A DNA stretch of 64,000 nucleotides from an uncultured Actinomycetota bacterium (GTDB taxonomy: Bacteria > Actinomycetota > Actinomycetes > Mycobacteriales > CADCTP01), in contig OY970235.1 in assembly GCA_963714145.1 (NCBI GenBank), forward strand, positions 7,962,499-8,026,498, read 5' to 3'. A program made the position numbers and the translations under genes. The notes beneath the pieces were generated by a model. The model had not been told where the DNA came from, ran no database searches, and saw only the letters and a program-made list of their open reading frames with translations. Below, piece by piece: positions 16,976 through 25,602 of the stretch; within the stretch, counting starts at the first letter, position 1; the number at the start of each line of letters is the position of its first letter.

Positions 16976-18850
16976 TCAGCGGATGTGGATCTCCGGGGGC
17001 CGGGGTGGGCGTTCCGGGCGGCCGGGGTCTTCCGGGCCGAAGTGCGGTTCCTCGCCGGGGCGGAGCGGGCGCCGGCAGCCGTCGCACGGGCCGGTGCCGC
17101 CGCTGTCCAGGTAGCGGGCCTGGTTGGCCAGGTCGACGGCTCCGGCGGCAGGCTCCTCGGCCGCCGCCCGGTCGAAGACCGAGTCCGGGGCCAGCGGCGT
17201 GGCCAGCCGCACCGTGCGCAACCGGCCGAGCAGGTCGGTGAGGGCGGCCAGCCGCAGCCGGCCCGGCTCCGGAACGACCGCGTCGGCCACCGGCGGCGGC
17301 TCGGTGGCGCCGGCCAGCCGGTTCGTCCAGCGGTAGAAGACGTTCTTCAGCCGGCTGCCCTCGACCAGACCCTGCAGGTACTCCTGGACGATCTGGACGA
17401 CCTCGTGCCGGCCCAGGCTGACCAGCGGGATGGTGCTCGCGACCGCGGTCGCGGCGAGTTCGGCGGCCAGTTCGGCCTGCCTGGTCGCGGTGTCGGTGGC
17501 CCGCTGCTGGGTGTCCAGGCGGTCGACCCGTTCGCGCAGGTCGCCCGGGTCGCCGACGGGCGGGTCGAAGTGCGCGGTCGCGCCGCCGGCCGGGGACGAG
17601 AGGACGTCGGCGGTGTCGATCCGCAGCGTCGTCGCCTGGATCCGGCCGACCCGTGCGGCCAGGTCGCGCTCCACGCCGGTGGCCTCGTCGCCGCTGGGTG
17701 GGCTGGTCTCGTGGATCTTGCGGACGATGTTGACCAGCGGTGGCCGGATGGTGCTGCCAGCCGCGGTGAACTCCCGGCGGATCTCCTCGTACGCGGCCCG
17801 GGCGCCGTCGGCTTCGAGTTGGCGCTGCAACGCCACCGTGTACTTCGCCCGCAGTTGGCCGTGCAGCGTCGCGGCGATCGCGGCCGGCGCGGTCAAGCCG
17901 ATCAGCACGACCACCATCAGTCCAATGTGGACACCACTGAGCAGGCGGCGGCCGAGGCTCACTGCCGGCAGCACCGGAACGCGGCGCAGCCGGGTCGGGA
18001 CGGCGGCCAGCCACCCCGGCCGCAGCGCGAACGCGACGCTGGCGGCGGCCAGCAGCAGGTAGCCGGACGTCCAGACCCACCAGGGCAGGTCGGCCACCGA
18101 CCCGACCCGGGCCAGTGCGTCGCGGACCGCGACGACCTCCCAGCGCGGCAGGTCGAGCAGGTTGGCCAGCCAGACCAGGAACAGCAGCAGGCTGACACCG
18201 AGCAGCAGGGAGAGCACGACGTCGGCGCCGGCCCGCACCGGGAGCCGGCGGGCGCCGGCCATCGCCCGCCAGGTCCGTACCGCCGCCCAGGCGCCGATCG
18301 GCAGCAGTAGCCCGGCCAGCGAACGCGCGGCCAGCGGGTCGCGGCTGAACAGGACCGTGGCGGCGCCGCCGGCGGTGCCGGCGAGCAGCAGGTCGGGCAG
18401 GTGCCGCAGCGGCCACCGGCGGGCGGCCCGGAACCGACGGTGGGCCAGCAGACAGGCCCAGCCGCCGCCGGTGAGCACGATCGCCGCCGCCAGCACGGCC
18501 GCCGCGCCGCCGCCGTTCCCGTGCGGCCGGCCCGGTCCGATCTGCCAGACCAGCCAGCCCACCACCGGGCCGGCGAGCAGCAGCGCGCCGGCCCGGTACC
18601 GCAGCCCGTCCCCGGGCCGGAGCAGGCGGCCGACGGCGGTCAGCACCCGGCCGAGCCACACCGTGCCGAAACCGCCGAGGATGGTGATGGCGACGATCGA
18701 CTCCCACCAGGCCCCGGCCGCCGGCCCGGTGCGCCACAGGCCGACCACGACGGCGCCGGCGAGACCCAGCGCGACCGCGAGGCTGATCCGGCGGACCGCA
18801 GCCGGCCGCGACAGCACTTCGAACAGCCGCCGCATTCGCCTGCGCCCCAA
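16976..18850 (-). CDS. Polytopic membrane protein of unknown function with soluble C-terminal half
   Basis: Multiple hydrophobic helices (AVALGLAGAVVVGLW, ITILGGFGTVWLG, VLSLLLGVSLLLFLVWL, GLMVVVLIGLTAPAAIAA) followed by a charged helical region. It is the coherent frame among overlapping shadow ORFs. No family recognised. Confidence 0.55.
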   Translation of the reverse strand: MGRRRMRRLFEVLSRPAAVRRISLAVALGLAGAVVVGLWRTGPAAGAWWESIVAITILGGFGTVWLGRVLTAVGRLLRPGDGLRYRAGALLLAGPVVGWLVWQIGPGRPHGNGGGAAAVLAAAIVLTGGGWACLLAHRRFRAARRWPLRHLPDLLLAGTAGGAATVLFSRDPLAARSLAGLLLPIGAWAAVRTWRAMAGARRLPVRAGADVVLSLLLGVSLLLFLVWLANLLDLPRWEVVAVRDALARVGSVADLPWWVWTSGYLLLAAASVAFALRPGWLAAVPTRLRRVPVLPAVSLGRRLLSGVHIGLMVVVLIGLTAPAAIAATLHGQLRAKYTVALQRQLEADGARAAYEEIRREFTAAGSTIRPPLVNIVRKIHETSPPSGDEATGVERDLAARVGRIQATTLRIDTADVLSSPAGGATAHFDPPVGDPGDLRERVDRLDTQQRATDTATRQAELAAELAATAVASTIPLVSLGRHEVVQIVQEYLQGLVEGSRLKNVFYRWTNRLAGATEPPPVADAVVPEPGRLRLAALTDLLGRLRTVRLATPLAPDSVFDRAAAEEPAAGAVDLANQARYLDSGGTGPCDGCRRPLRPGEEPHFGPEDPGRPERPPRPPEIHIR

Positions 18851-19044
18851 CCTTGCCTCAGCCGATCCGGTCAGACTACGCGGATCCGGCTGCTCGCCGT
18901 TTCGGGCCCGGGCCGGCGGTGGCCCGGATCCGACCCCGGTCCGGCCGGCTGGGCAGGCGCAGGGGATGCTCGCCCCGGGCCGGCAACAGCGGTCGGGCCT
19001 GGCTCGTCATGAGGGTGGTGGGCCGATCGGGCGGGAGGAGTCGG

Positions 19045-19740
19045 ATGGAGCGGCGGTGGCCGGCAGCGCTGTCCCGGCGGACGGTGGTCCGGGCGGTGCA
19101 CTGGAGTGCGGCGGCGTCCCTGGCGGTGCTGGGCCTGGTGCTCGGCACCCAGGCCTACCTGTACTGGTCGACCCGCAGTGCCCGGTACGACCGGCCGGAT
19201 CAGGTACCGGCCGCTCCGGTGGCGCTGGTGCTCGGCGCCCGGGTGGCGCCGGACGGCACCCCGTCGCTGCTGCTGGCCCGCCGGCTCGACCTGGCGGTCA
19301 CGCTCTACCGGCGCGGCACGGTCCGGGCGGTGCTCGCGTCCGGTGACAACGGCAGCCGCCGGTACGACGAGGTGACCGCGATGCTGCGCTACCTGCGGGC
19401 CCGCGGTGTGCCGGCCGACCGCGCCGTCGGCGACTACGCCGGCTTCGATACCTGGGCGTCCTGCACCCGGGCGCGCCGCGTCTTCGGCGTCACCGCGGCG
19501 GTGGTCATCACCCAGCGGTTCCACCTGCCGCGAGCGGTCGCACTCTGCCGCCGCGCCGGCATCACCAGCTACGGCCTCGGCGACGACTCGATGCGCGACC
19601 TGCCGGGCCTCACCGTCCGCCTGCAGGCCCGCGAGCTCCTCGCCGGCGTCAAGGCCGCCTGGACGTTGCTGACCCGCCCCGACCCACACTTCCTCGGCCC
19701 GCACGAACCCGCCCTCGACCCGATCACCACGTCGACCTGA
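19045..19740 (+). CDS. SanA/ElyC (DUF218) family membrane-anchored protein
   Basis: GGGAGGAG RBS 5 nt before ATG 19045. An N-terminal TM segment, then VALVLGARV...SLLLARRLD..A..LY..G...VLASGDNG...YDEV..M..YL...GVP core. Confidence 0.8.
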   Translation: MERRWPAALSRRTVVRAVHWSAAASLAVLGLVLGTQAYLYWSTRSARYDRPDQVPAAPVALVLGARVAPDGTPSLLLARRLDLAVTLYRRGTVRAVLASGDNGSRRYDEVTAMLRYLRARGVPADRAVGDYAGFDTWASCTRARRVFGVTAAVVITQRFHLPRAVALCRRAGITSYGLGDDSMRDLPGLTVRLQARELLAGVKAAWTLLTRPDPHFLGPHEPALDPITTST

Positions 19741-19755
19741 CGCGGGGGTTCGCGG

Positions 19756-20631
19756 TCAGCTGTGCCGTGGCCGCCGGCGGCGGCCCAGCCGGACCGCCAG
19801 CGCGCCGGCCAGCAGCAGCGACAGGCCGGTGCCGAGCAGCACCGGCAGCCGGGTCGCGCCGGTGTTGGGCAGCGCGGTCCCCGCCGGCGGGACGGTTGTC
19901 ACCGGCGGGGCCGCGCTGGTCTGGGGAGCCGCCAGCACGTGCAGGGTGACCGTGCCGAGGGTGTTGGTGCTGGCGCCGCACTCGTAGTCGAACGAGTCGG
20001 TGCCGACGAACCCGGCGGCCGGCGTGTAGCGGGCCGCCTCGCCGTCGGCCAGTTCGACCAGCCGCAGCGAGCCGTGCGCCGGCCGGCGGGTGATCGACAC
20101 CAGCGGCGGGAAGCAGAGCGGGTCGGTCTGCACGGTCTTACCGGCGCGCACCGAGTAGCTACGGTCGACCCGGGTCGGGCAGAGGAAGCTGCGGCTGCGG
20201 AAGAGTTCGGCGCCGGTGTCGTCCCGGGTGAAGACCAGCTGGTACGGCGCCCCGGCGTACGGCACCAGCACGTCGTGGGTGCCGCCGGCCGGGACGGTGA
20301 AGTGCGCGAACGTCGAGGTGAAGTTCCGCACCGTCACCGCGACCGGGCCGGCCGTGGTGTTGTGCACGGTGAACGTGTCGTTCACGCCGGGCCTGCAGCT
20401 TTCGGTGACGGTCACGGTGCCCGGGTCCGCGGGCGGAGTCGTGCTCGCCGGAGTGGTCGCCGGCGGGGTGGTGGTTGGCGGGCTGGTTGTCGCCGGGGCG
20501 GTGCTGGTCGCCGCCGGCTCGGCCGGCGCGGTGTGCGCCGGTGCGGCGTCCGCCGGGCCGGGGAGCAGCACCGCCGCCACGCCGATCAGCCCGACCAGGG
20601 CGCCCCGGGCCGCCCACGACTGGTACCTCAT
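19756..20631 (-). CDS. LPXTG-anchored cell-wall surface protein
   Basis: Signal peptide MRYQSWAARGALVGLIGVAAVLLPGPADA. A Pro/Thr-rich linker. C-terminal LPNTG, then a hydrophobic stretch and RRRRPR. Confidence 0.8.
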   Translation of the reverse strand: MRYQSWAARGALVGLIGVAAVLLPGPADAAPAHTAPAEPAATSTAPATTSPPTTTPPATTPASTTPPADPGTVTVTESCRPGVNDTFTVHNTTAGPVAVTVRNFTSTFAHFTVPAGGTHDVLVPYAGAPYQLVFTRDDTGAELFRSRSFLCPTRVDRSYSVRAGKTVQTDPLCFPPLVSITRRPAHGSLRLVELADGEAARYTPAAGFVGTDSFDYECGASTNTLGTVTLHVLAAPQTSAAPPVTTVPPAGTALPNTGATRLPVLLGTGLSLLLAGALAVRLGRRRRPRHS

Positions 20632-20816
20632 AGTCCACTCCCTCACCGCCGGCAGCCCGGTCATCGGCAGGTAGACGCCGCGACCCGGGGCGAGGTTGAG
20701 TGCCCCGATCGAGGTTTCCGGGCCGCACCCGCCCGCCGTGCCCTTTCGGCTGGCCGGCGGGGACGGCCGGGGTAATCCGCTGGCTGCCGCCGAGCGCCGG
20801 CTGGCACCCTGCTGGC

Positions 20817-21878
20817 ATGGGGGAAACCGGGGATGCGCTGGGCAAGTTGGACGCGCGGTTGCGGGAGTGGACGGCGGAGCGTGACTTCTCCGGCGTCGCG
20901 CTGATCACCCGCGCCGGCACGGTCGAGTTCGAGGGCTGCTACGGCCTGGCCAACCGCGCGGACGGGGTGCCGAACCGGATCGCGACCCGGTTCGGGCTGG
21001 CGTCGCTGACCAAGATGTTCACCGCGCTGACCGTGGTCGACCTGGTCGGTCGCGGCAGGGTCGGTTTCGACACCCCGGTGGTGGACGTGCTGCCGGCGGC
21101 GCGCCGCCCGGCCACGCTGCTGCCGGAGGTGACGGTGCACCACCTGCTCGCCCACACCGCTGGCATCGCCGACTACTTCGAGGAAGAGGACGAGCACGCC
21201 AGCGGTGACTTCGCCGAGCTCTGGACCGAGCTGCCGGCGTACCGGATGCTGCGCCCGGCCGACTTCCTGCCGCTGTTCGGTGACCTGCCGCCCTACCGCG
21301 GGCCTGGCCAGCGGTTCCAGTACTCCAACGCCGGCTACATCGTGCTCGGCCTGCTGATCGAGGAGTTGAGCGGCCGGCCCTACCAGGACGCCGTCACCCG
21401 CGCCGTGTTCGAGCCGGCTGGGATGGCCGCCAGCGGCTTCTTCGCCCTGGACGAGGTGCGCCCGGACATCGCCGTCGGCTACCTGCCGCCGCGCGAGCCG
21501 GGCGGGCTCTGGCGGTCCAACATCTACGCGATCCCGGCCCGCGGCGGCCCGGACGGCGGCGCCCTGTCCAACGCCATCGACCTCGACCGGTTCCTGCGGG
21601 CCTTCGCCGCCGGCACGATGGCCGGCCCGGACGGCCGGGACGCCATGCTCACCCCGCGCGCCGAGATCCGGGACGGCCTGGCCATGGGCTACGGCACCTT
21701 CCTGTACGGCACCGGCGGCACACATCGCTACGGCCACGGCGGCGGCGACCCCGGCTACGAGGTGCTGATCCACCACTTCCCGGCGCAGCAGGCCAACACC
21801 ATCGTCCTGTGCAACATCAACGGCCTGGCCAGCGACGTCCGCGACGAACTGGTCACCGCCACGCTGGCCCTGAGCTAG
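20817..21878 (+). CDS. Serine hydrolase, beta-lactamase/PBP (class C-like) family
   Basis: S-x-x-K (ASLTK) and YSNAGY motifs. ATG at 20817. Confidence 0.9.
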   Translation: MGETGDALGKLDARLREWTAERDFSGVALITRAGTVEFEGCYGLANRADGVPNRIATRFGLASLTKMFTALTVVDLVGRGRVGFDTPVVDVLPAARRPATLLPEVTVHHLLAHTAGIADYFEEEDEHASGDFAELWTELPAYRMLRPADFLPLFGDLPPYRGPGQRFQYSNAGYIVLGLLIEELSGRPYQDAVTRAVFEPAGMAASGFFALDEVRPDIAVGYLPPREPGGLWRSNIYAIPARGGPDGGALSNAIDLDRFLRAFAAGTMAGPDGRDAMLTPRAEIRDGLAMGYGTFLYGTGGTHRYGHGGGDPGYEVLIHHFPAQQANTIVLCNINGLASDVRDELVTATLALS

Positions 21879-21890
21879 CGGTCTGCCGGG

Positions 21891-21910
21891 CCCGGCCCGG
21901 CCGGGCCGGG
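21891..21910. terminator. 20-bp GC palindrome CCCGGCCCGGCCGGGCCGGG between convergent genes (candidate bidirectional terminator hairpin)
   Basis: Perfect self-complementarity read directly. There is no T-tract, which is common in actinomycetes. Confidence 0.35.
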
Positions 21911-24514
21911 TCAGCCGGCGCCGAAGCAGACGAAGGCGGCGGCCGGGGCGGTCTGGGTGGCGGCGGCGAGCGCGCGGGCCGGCGGCAGGCCGGTGGCGAG
22001 GTGCCGGTGGTAGGAGGTCATCACCTGGATCGCGACGTCGTCCGGGACGCGGACCACGCTGGCGACGACGTTGCGGGTTCCGGCCAGCAGCAGCGCGGTG
22101 GTGAAGCCGAGGATCTCCTCGCCCGGGTGGACCGCGGCGCGGCCGACGTCGCAGGCGGACAGCACGACCTGCCGCGGCGGCCTGGCCAGCCCGTAGACGT
22201 CGTAGGCCATCAGCGGTCCGTCGGCGAGGTCGAGCCGGGAGAACAGGACGTTGTCGCGCTGGTGGTGGCCGTGGGTGGCGAGGTGGGCCAGCGGTGCGGT
22301 GCGGAGCGCCGCCAGCACATCGGCCACGGTGGCGTCGGCGGGCCGGAACGTCCGGCTGCCCGGGTGGATCGCGGCGATCGCCTCGATCTCCGCCTCGGCG
22401 TGCCGCAGGTCCGGCCCGGCCACCAGCACCGGCGGGCCGTCCGGCGCGCCGTCCCCATCGGCACCGTCCCCATCGGCACCGCCCCGGTCAGCGCGGGCGG
22501 CGGCGTACCAGGCGGACGCGGACGGGGCGACGGTCACCGGCCGGCCGCGCAGGTCGGGCAGTAGCCCCCATGGCACCGCGGACAGTGCCGCGCCGGGTAC
22601 CAGCACCAGCTCGGCGGTGCCGATCAGCGGGCGCAGCGGCGCGACCAGTTCGGCGGTGAGGACGTCCACGTGGTGCCGGATCGAGGCCCGGACGACGGCG
22701 GCCAGCGGCGCGGGGTGGTCGCGGCCGGCGAGGACGTCGAGGTCGGCGAGCAGCCGCCGCTGCGCCTCCCGCGCGACGGCCGCGTCGCCGAGCGGTACCG
22801 GGTGCGCCCGGCCGTCCCGGACAACCAGCCCGCGCAGTTGACCCTGGCGCTCGAACATCGTCACCAGGACCCGCCGGTCGCGGGCCAGTTCCGCGGTCAG
22901 CTCGGTGAGCGTGGGCAGCGCGCTGCTGTGTCCGGTGCCGGGCACCCGGCGGTCCCGGTCGAGGATGGCCCGTTCCAGTGCCGCGCACCGGGCCAGGGCC
23001 CGCTGGTCGCGCCGGCCAGCCAGCTCCGCCTCCCGGGCCAGCCGGCGGAGGCCGCGCAGCTCGGCGATGTCGTCCGCGGTCTGCGGGTCCGCCGACGGGC
23101 GCACCGGTGTGGTCCGGAACGCCTGCGCCCGGGACCGCTCGGACCAGGTGAAGACCAGCCGGGTGGTGCCGGCCGCGTCCAGCCCGGTCCGGGCCAGCTC
23201 GACGCCGAGCGCCGCGACGCCGACCTGCAGTTCCAGGCTGCCCAGCCGGCTGCGCCGACCGTGCAGCAGCGCGAGGCCGGCCCGGAGCTGGCTGAGCGCA
23301 CCCGAGGTGTCGCCACGGGCCAGCGCGAGCTCGGCCCGGGTCATCCGCCAGAGCAGCCGCAGATCCAGCGGGGCACCGGCGCCCAACCGGCTCACCTCGG
23401 CGGCTACCTCGCCGGCCGGCCCGATCCGGCCCAGCCGGATCAGCCCACGGACGGCCAGCAGCGTGGCCGCGGCGGCGTCGTGCCCCAGCCCGTGCTGCCG
23501 CAGCGACGCGGCCAGCGCGAGTGCGCGGGTCGGCAGCCGGCGGATGTTGCCCAGCGCGAGTTCGACCCGCAACCGGAGCAGGCCGGCGAGCTGCGCCCAG
23601 GACTCGTTGCCCCGGGCCCGGAATCTGGTCTCGGCCCGCCGCGACCAGGCCAGCGCGCCGACCAGATCGCCGGTCGTGAGCGCGGCCTGGGCCCGGGCCA
23701 GCGCGGCCTCCGCGTAGTCCTGGGTGAGTCGCTGCGCGCGGAACTGGTCGAGCGCCTCGTCCAGGTCCCTGGCCGCGTCGTGGCCGAGGCCGGCGGCGAG
23801 CAGCGCCTTGGCCCGGTTGACCGCCAGGATCGGCAGGAAGCCCGGGCTCAGCTGCGCGTAGCCGCGCCCGGCTGCCGCGAACGCGGCCAGCGCCGCCGGG
23901 ATGTCACCGGTGAGCAGGTCGCACAGCCCGCCGTTGTGCCCGGCCTTGACCGCGATCAGGGGCAGGTCGTGCCGCCGGGCCAGCCGGGCGCACCGGCGCA
24001 GGTCGTCGCGGGCCGGCGTGACCCGGCCGCTGTCGATGTGCACGAGCGCCCGGTTCAGCAGCGTGGGCACCAGCACCGCCATCTCGCCGGACCGCTCCAG
24101 CAGCGGGATCGCGGCATCCAGCAGCGGCAGCGCGTTCTCGACCCGGCCCAGCCGCAGCAGCATCAGCCCGGCCTGCTGCAGCAGCACCCCGTGCTCGCCG
24201 GCCGGAAGCAGCGTGGCGGCCTCGTCCAGGAGCGTGAAGCCGAGGTCGGTGCGGCCCTGCTCGGCCTCGGCCAGGGCCAGGCTGATCAGGATCCGGCCAT
24301 GTAACCGGGAGCTCTCGGCCCCGACCACGGCGGCGTTCTCGAGCACCCGCAGCGCCCGCCGCAGCTGCCGGGCGCCGAGCACGGGACGTCCGCCAGAGGT
24401 CGCGCCGACCCCCTGGCGGTGCAGTTGCCGGGCGAGGTCCAGCGCGTGCTCCGCCCGGACAGGTGGCCGCCGCTCGGCGGCGCGCCGTACACCGGCCTCG
24501 GGCGCAGCGGTCAC
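21911..24514 (-). CDS. TPR-repeat CHAT-domain protease
   Basis: The start is GTG 24514, overlapping the upstream stop (GTGA). A long TPR-like helical repeat region is followed by a C-terminal CHAT core with HLATHGHH (His) and VVLSACDVG (Cys). The 1034-aa track ORF includes an unsupported N-terminal extension. Confidence 0.85.
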   Translation of the reverse strand: MTAAPEAGVRRAAERRPPVRAEHALDLARQLHRQGVGATSGGRPVLGARQLRRALRVLENAAVVGAESSRLHGRILISLALAEAEQGRTDLGFTLLDEAATLLPAGEHGVLLQQAGLMLLRLGRVENALPLLDAAIPLLERSGEMAVLVPTLLNRALVHIDSGRVTPARDDLRRCARLARRHDLPLIAVKAGHNGGLCDLLTGDIPAALAAFAAAGRGYAQLSPGFLPILAVNRAKALLAAGLGHDAARDLDEALDQFRAQRLTQDYAEAALARAQAALTTGDLVGALAWSRRAETRFRARGNESWAQLAGLLRLRVELALGNIRRLPTRALALAASLRQHGLGHDAAAATLLAVRGLIRLGRIGPAGEVAAEVSRLGAGAPLDLRLLWRMTRAELALARGDTSGALSQLRAGLALLHGRRSRLGSLELQVGVAALGVELARTGLDAAGTTRLVFTWSERSRAQAFRTTPVRPSADPQTADDIAELRGLRRLAREAELAGRRDQRALARCAALERAILDRDRRVPGTGHSSALPTLTELTAELARDRRVLVTMFERQGQLRGLVVRDGRAHPVPLGDAAVAREAQRRLLADLDVLAGRDHPAPLAAVVRASIRHHVDVLTAELVAPLRPLIGTAELVLVPGAALSAVPWGLLPDLRGRPVTVAPSASAWYAAARADRGGADGDGADGDGAPDGPPVLVAGPDLRHAEAEIEAIAAIHPGSRTFRPADATVADVLAALRTAPLAHLATHGHHQRDNVLFSRLDLADGPLMAYDVYGLARPPRQVVLSACDVGRAAVHPGEEILGFTTALLLAGTRNVVASVVRVPDDVAIQVMTSYHRHLATGLPPARALAAATQTAPAAAFVCFGAG

Positions 24515-24993
24515 AACACCACGGCGGGGGTGACGATCGGGCCGCCCGCACCGACCGGGCGGACGACGAACTGGACGATGCCGGCCGGGATGTCGGTGAA
24601 CACGAACCGACCCTGCTCGTCGGCGACCGTCCGGGTCGGTCCGCCGGTGGTCCGGACCTGCACGCTGTGGGTGCCGGGCGGGGTGAGCCAGCCGTCGATG
24701 GTGAAAGTGGAATCCGGCTGCCGGGCGACGCTGACCAGAACTGTCAGGTGGTCGTTGTGGAACGTGATGGTGCGGCTGCCGTCGTCCGCCCCGCGGGTGG
24801 CGACGAGGTCCTCGGCCCGGTCCGGCCGGAAGCTGTCCGCGTCCATGTTCTCCAGGCTCAGCGCGAACCCGATGCAGGTGAGCAGGTCGGCCGGCACCGG
24901 GTCGACGGCCGAATAGAGGGTCCGGACCCCGTCCAGGATGGCCAGGTCGGTCTCGTCGATGGGGTCGGACGGTTGCGGGTCGGCCGGCGTCAC
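24511..24993 (-). CDS. 160-aa protein coupled between the ECF sigma and CHAT genes; C-terminal carboxypeptidase-regulatory-like beta-sandwich; candidate anti-sigma/substrate
   Basis: GTG start in a GTGA overlap with the sigma stop, and its own stop overlaps the CHAT start. The ...VADEQGRFVFTDIPAGIVQFVVRP motif is present. No TM segment and no HxxxCxxC. Confidence 0.7.
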   Translation of the reverse strand: MTPADPQPSDPIDETDLAILDGVRTLYSAVDPVPADLLTCIGFALSLENMDADSFRPDRAEDLVATRGADDGSRTITFHNDHLTVLVSVARQPDSTFTIDGWLTPPGTHSVQVRTTGGPTRTVADEQGRFVFTDIPAGIVQFVVRPVGAGGPIVTPAVVL

Positions 24994-25544
24994 GGCCTGC
25001 TCCAGCCCGGGTCACCGGCCAGCAGCCGGCGCAGCTCGGCGAGGCACCGCCCCCGGGTCGGGCCGATGCTGCCGCGGGGCATCCCCAGCGCCTCGCTGAT
25101 CGCGTTGTAGTCGGGCCGGTGCGCGAAGGCGATCACCCGGATCAGTTCCTGGCAGCGGGCGGAGAGCTGACGGACCGCCGCCCAGAGCACCCGCCCCCGC
25201 TCCTCGTCCAGCACGATGTCCTCGGGCAGCGGCTCCGTGCTCGGCTGCTCGGCCAGCAGTGACAGCACGTCGGGCACCTCGGCCCGCCGCCGCATCCGGG
25301 TTCGCATATGCCAGGCCTCCCTTTTCGTGACGGTGATCAGCCAGCCGATGACCGCCTCCGGAGTCTGGATGGTGTCCAGACTCCGGAGGAACGCCATCCA
25401 GGTCAGCTGGACGGCATCAGCCGCGCTGTCCTGATCCAGGCCCTGGCTGCGCGCAACCTGCCAGAGCAGAGGCGTGGCGTCAGCCACCAGCTTGTCGAGG
25501 GCGTCCCGCTCCCCGGACCGGATGGCGTCGAGCACGTTGCCCAC
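24990..25544 (-). CDS. ECF-type sigma-70 family RNA polymerase sigma factor
   Basis: Region 2 (LTWMAFLRSL...WLITVTKREAWHMR) and region 4 HTH (YNAISEALGMPRGSIGPTRGRCLAELR). GGAGAA RBS. Confidence 0.9.
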   Translation of the reverse strand: MGNVLDAIRSGERDALDKLVADATPLLWQVARSQGLDQDSAADAVQLTWMAFLRSLDTIQTPEAVIGWLITVTKREAWHMRTRMRRRAEVPDVLSLLAEQPSTEPLPEDIVLDEERGRVLWAAVRQLSARCQELIRVIAFAHRPDYNAISEALGMPRGSIGPTRGRCLAELRRLLAGDPGWSRP

Positions 25545-25602
25545 GAGCGTTCTCCGTCGTGCTCGGCAAACCAGCTGTCTCGCCCGCCATGAATCGTCCC
25601 GG

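Noticed and set aside
24515-25015. N-terminal 167-aa extension of the CHAT ORF (track start 25015)
   Set aside because: The extension is Arg/Pro-rich junk that overlaps the well-supported 160-aa gene in another frame. A GTG in a GTGA overlap at 24514 gives a sensible start.
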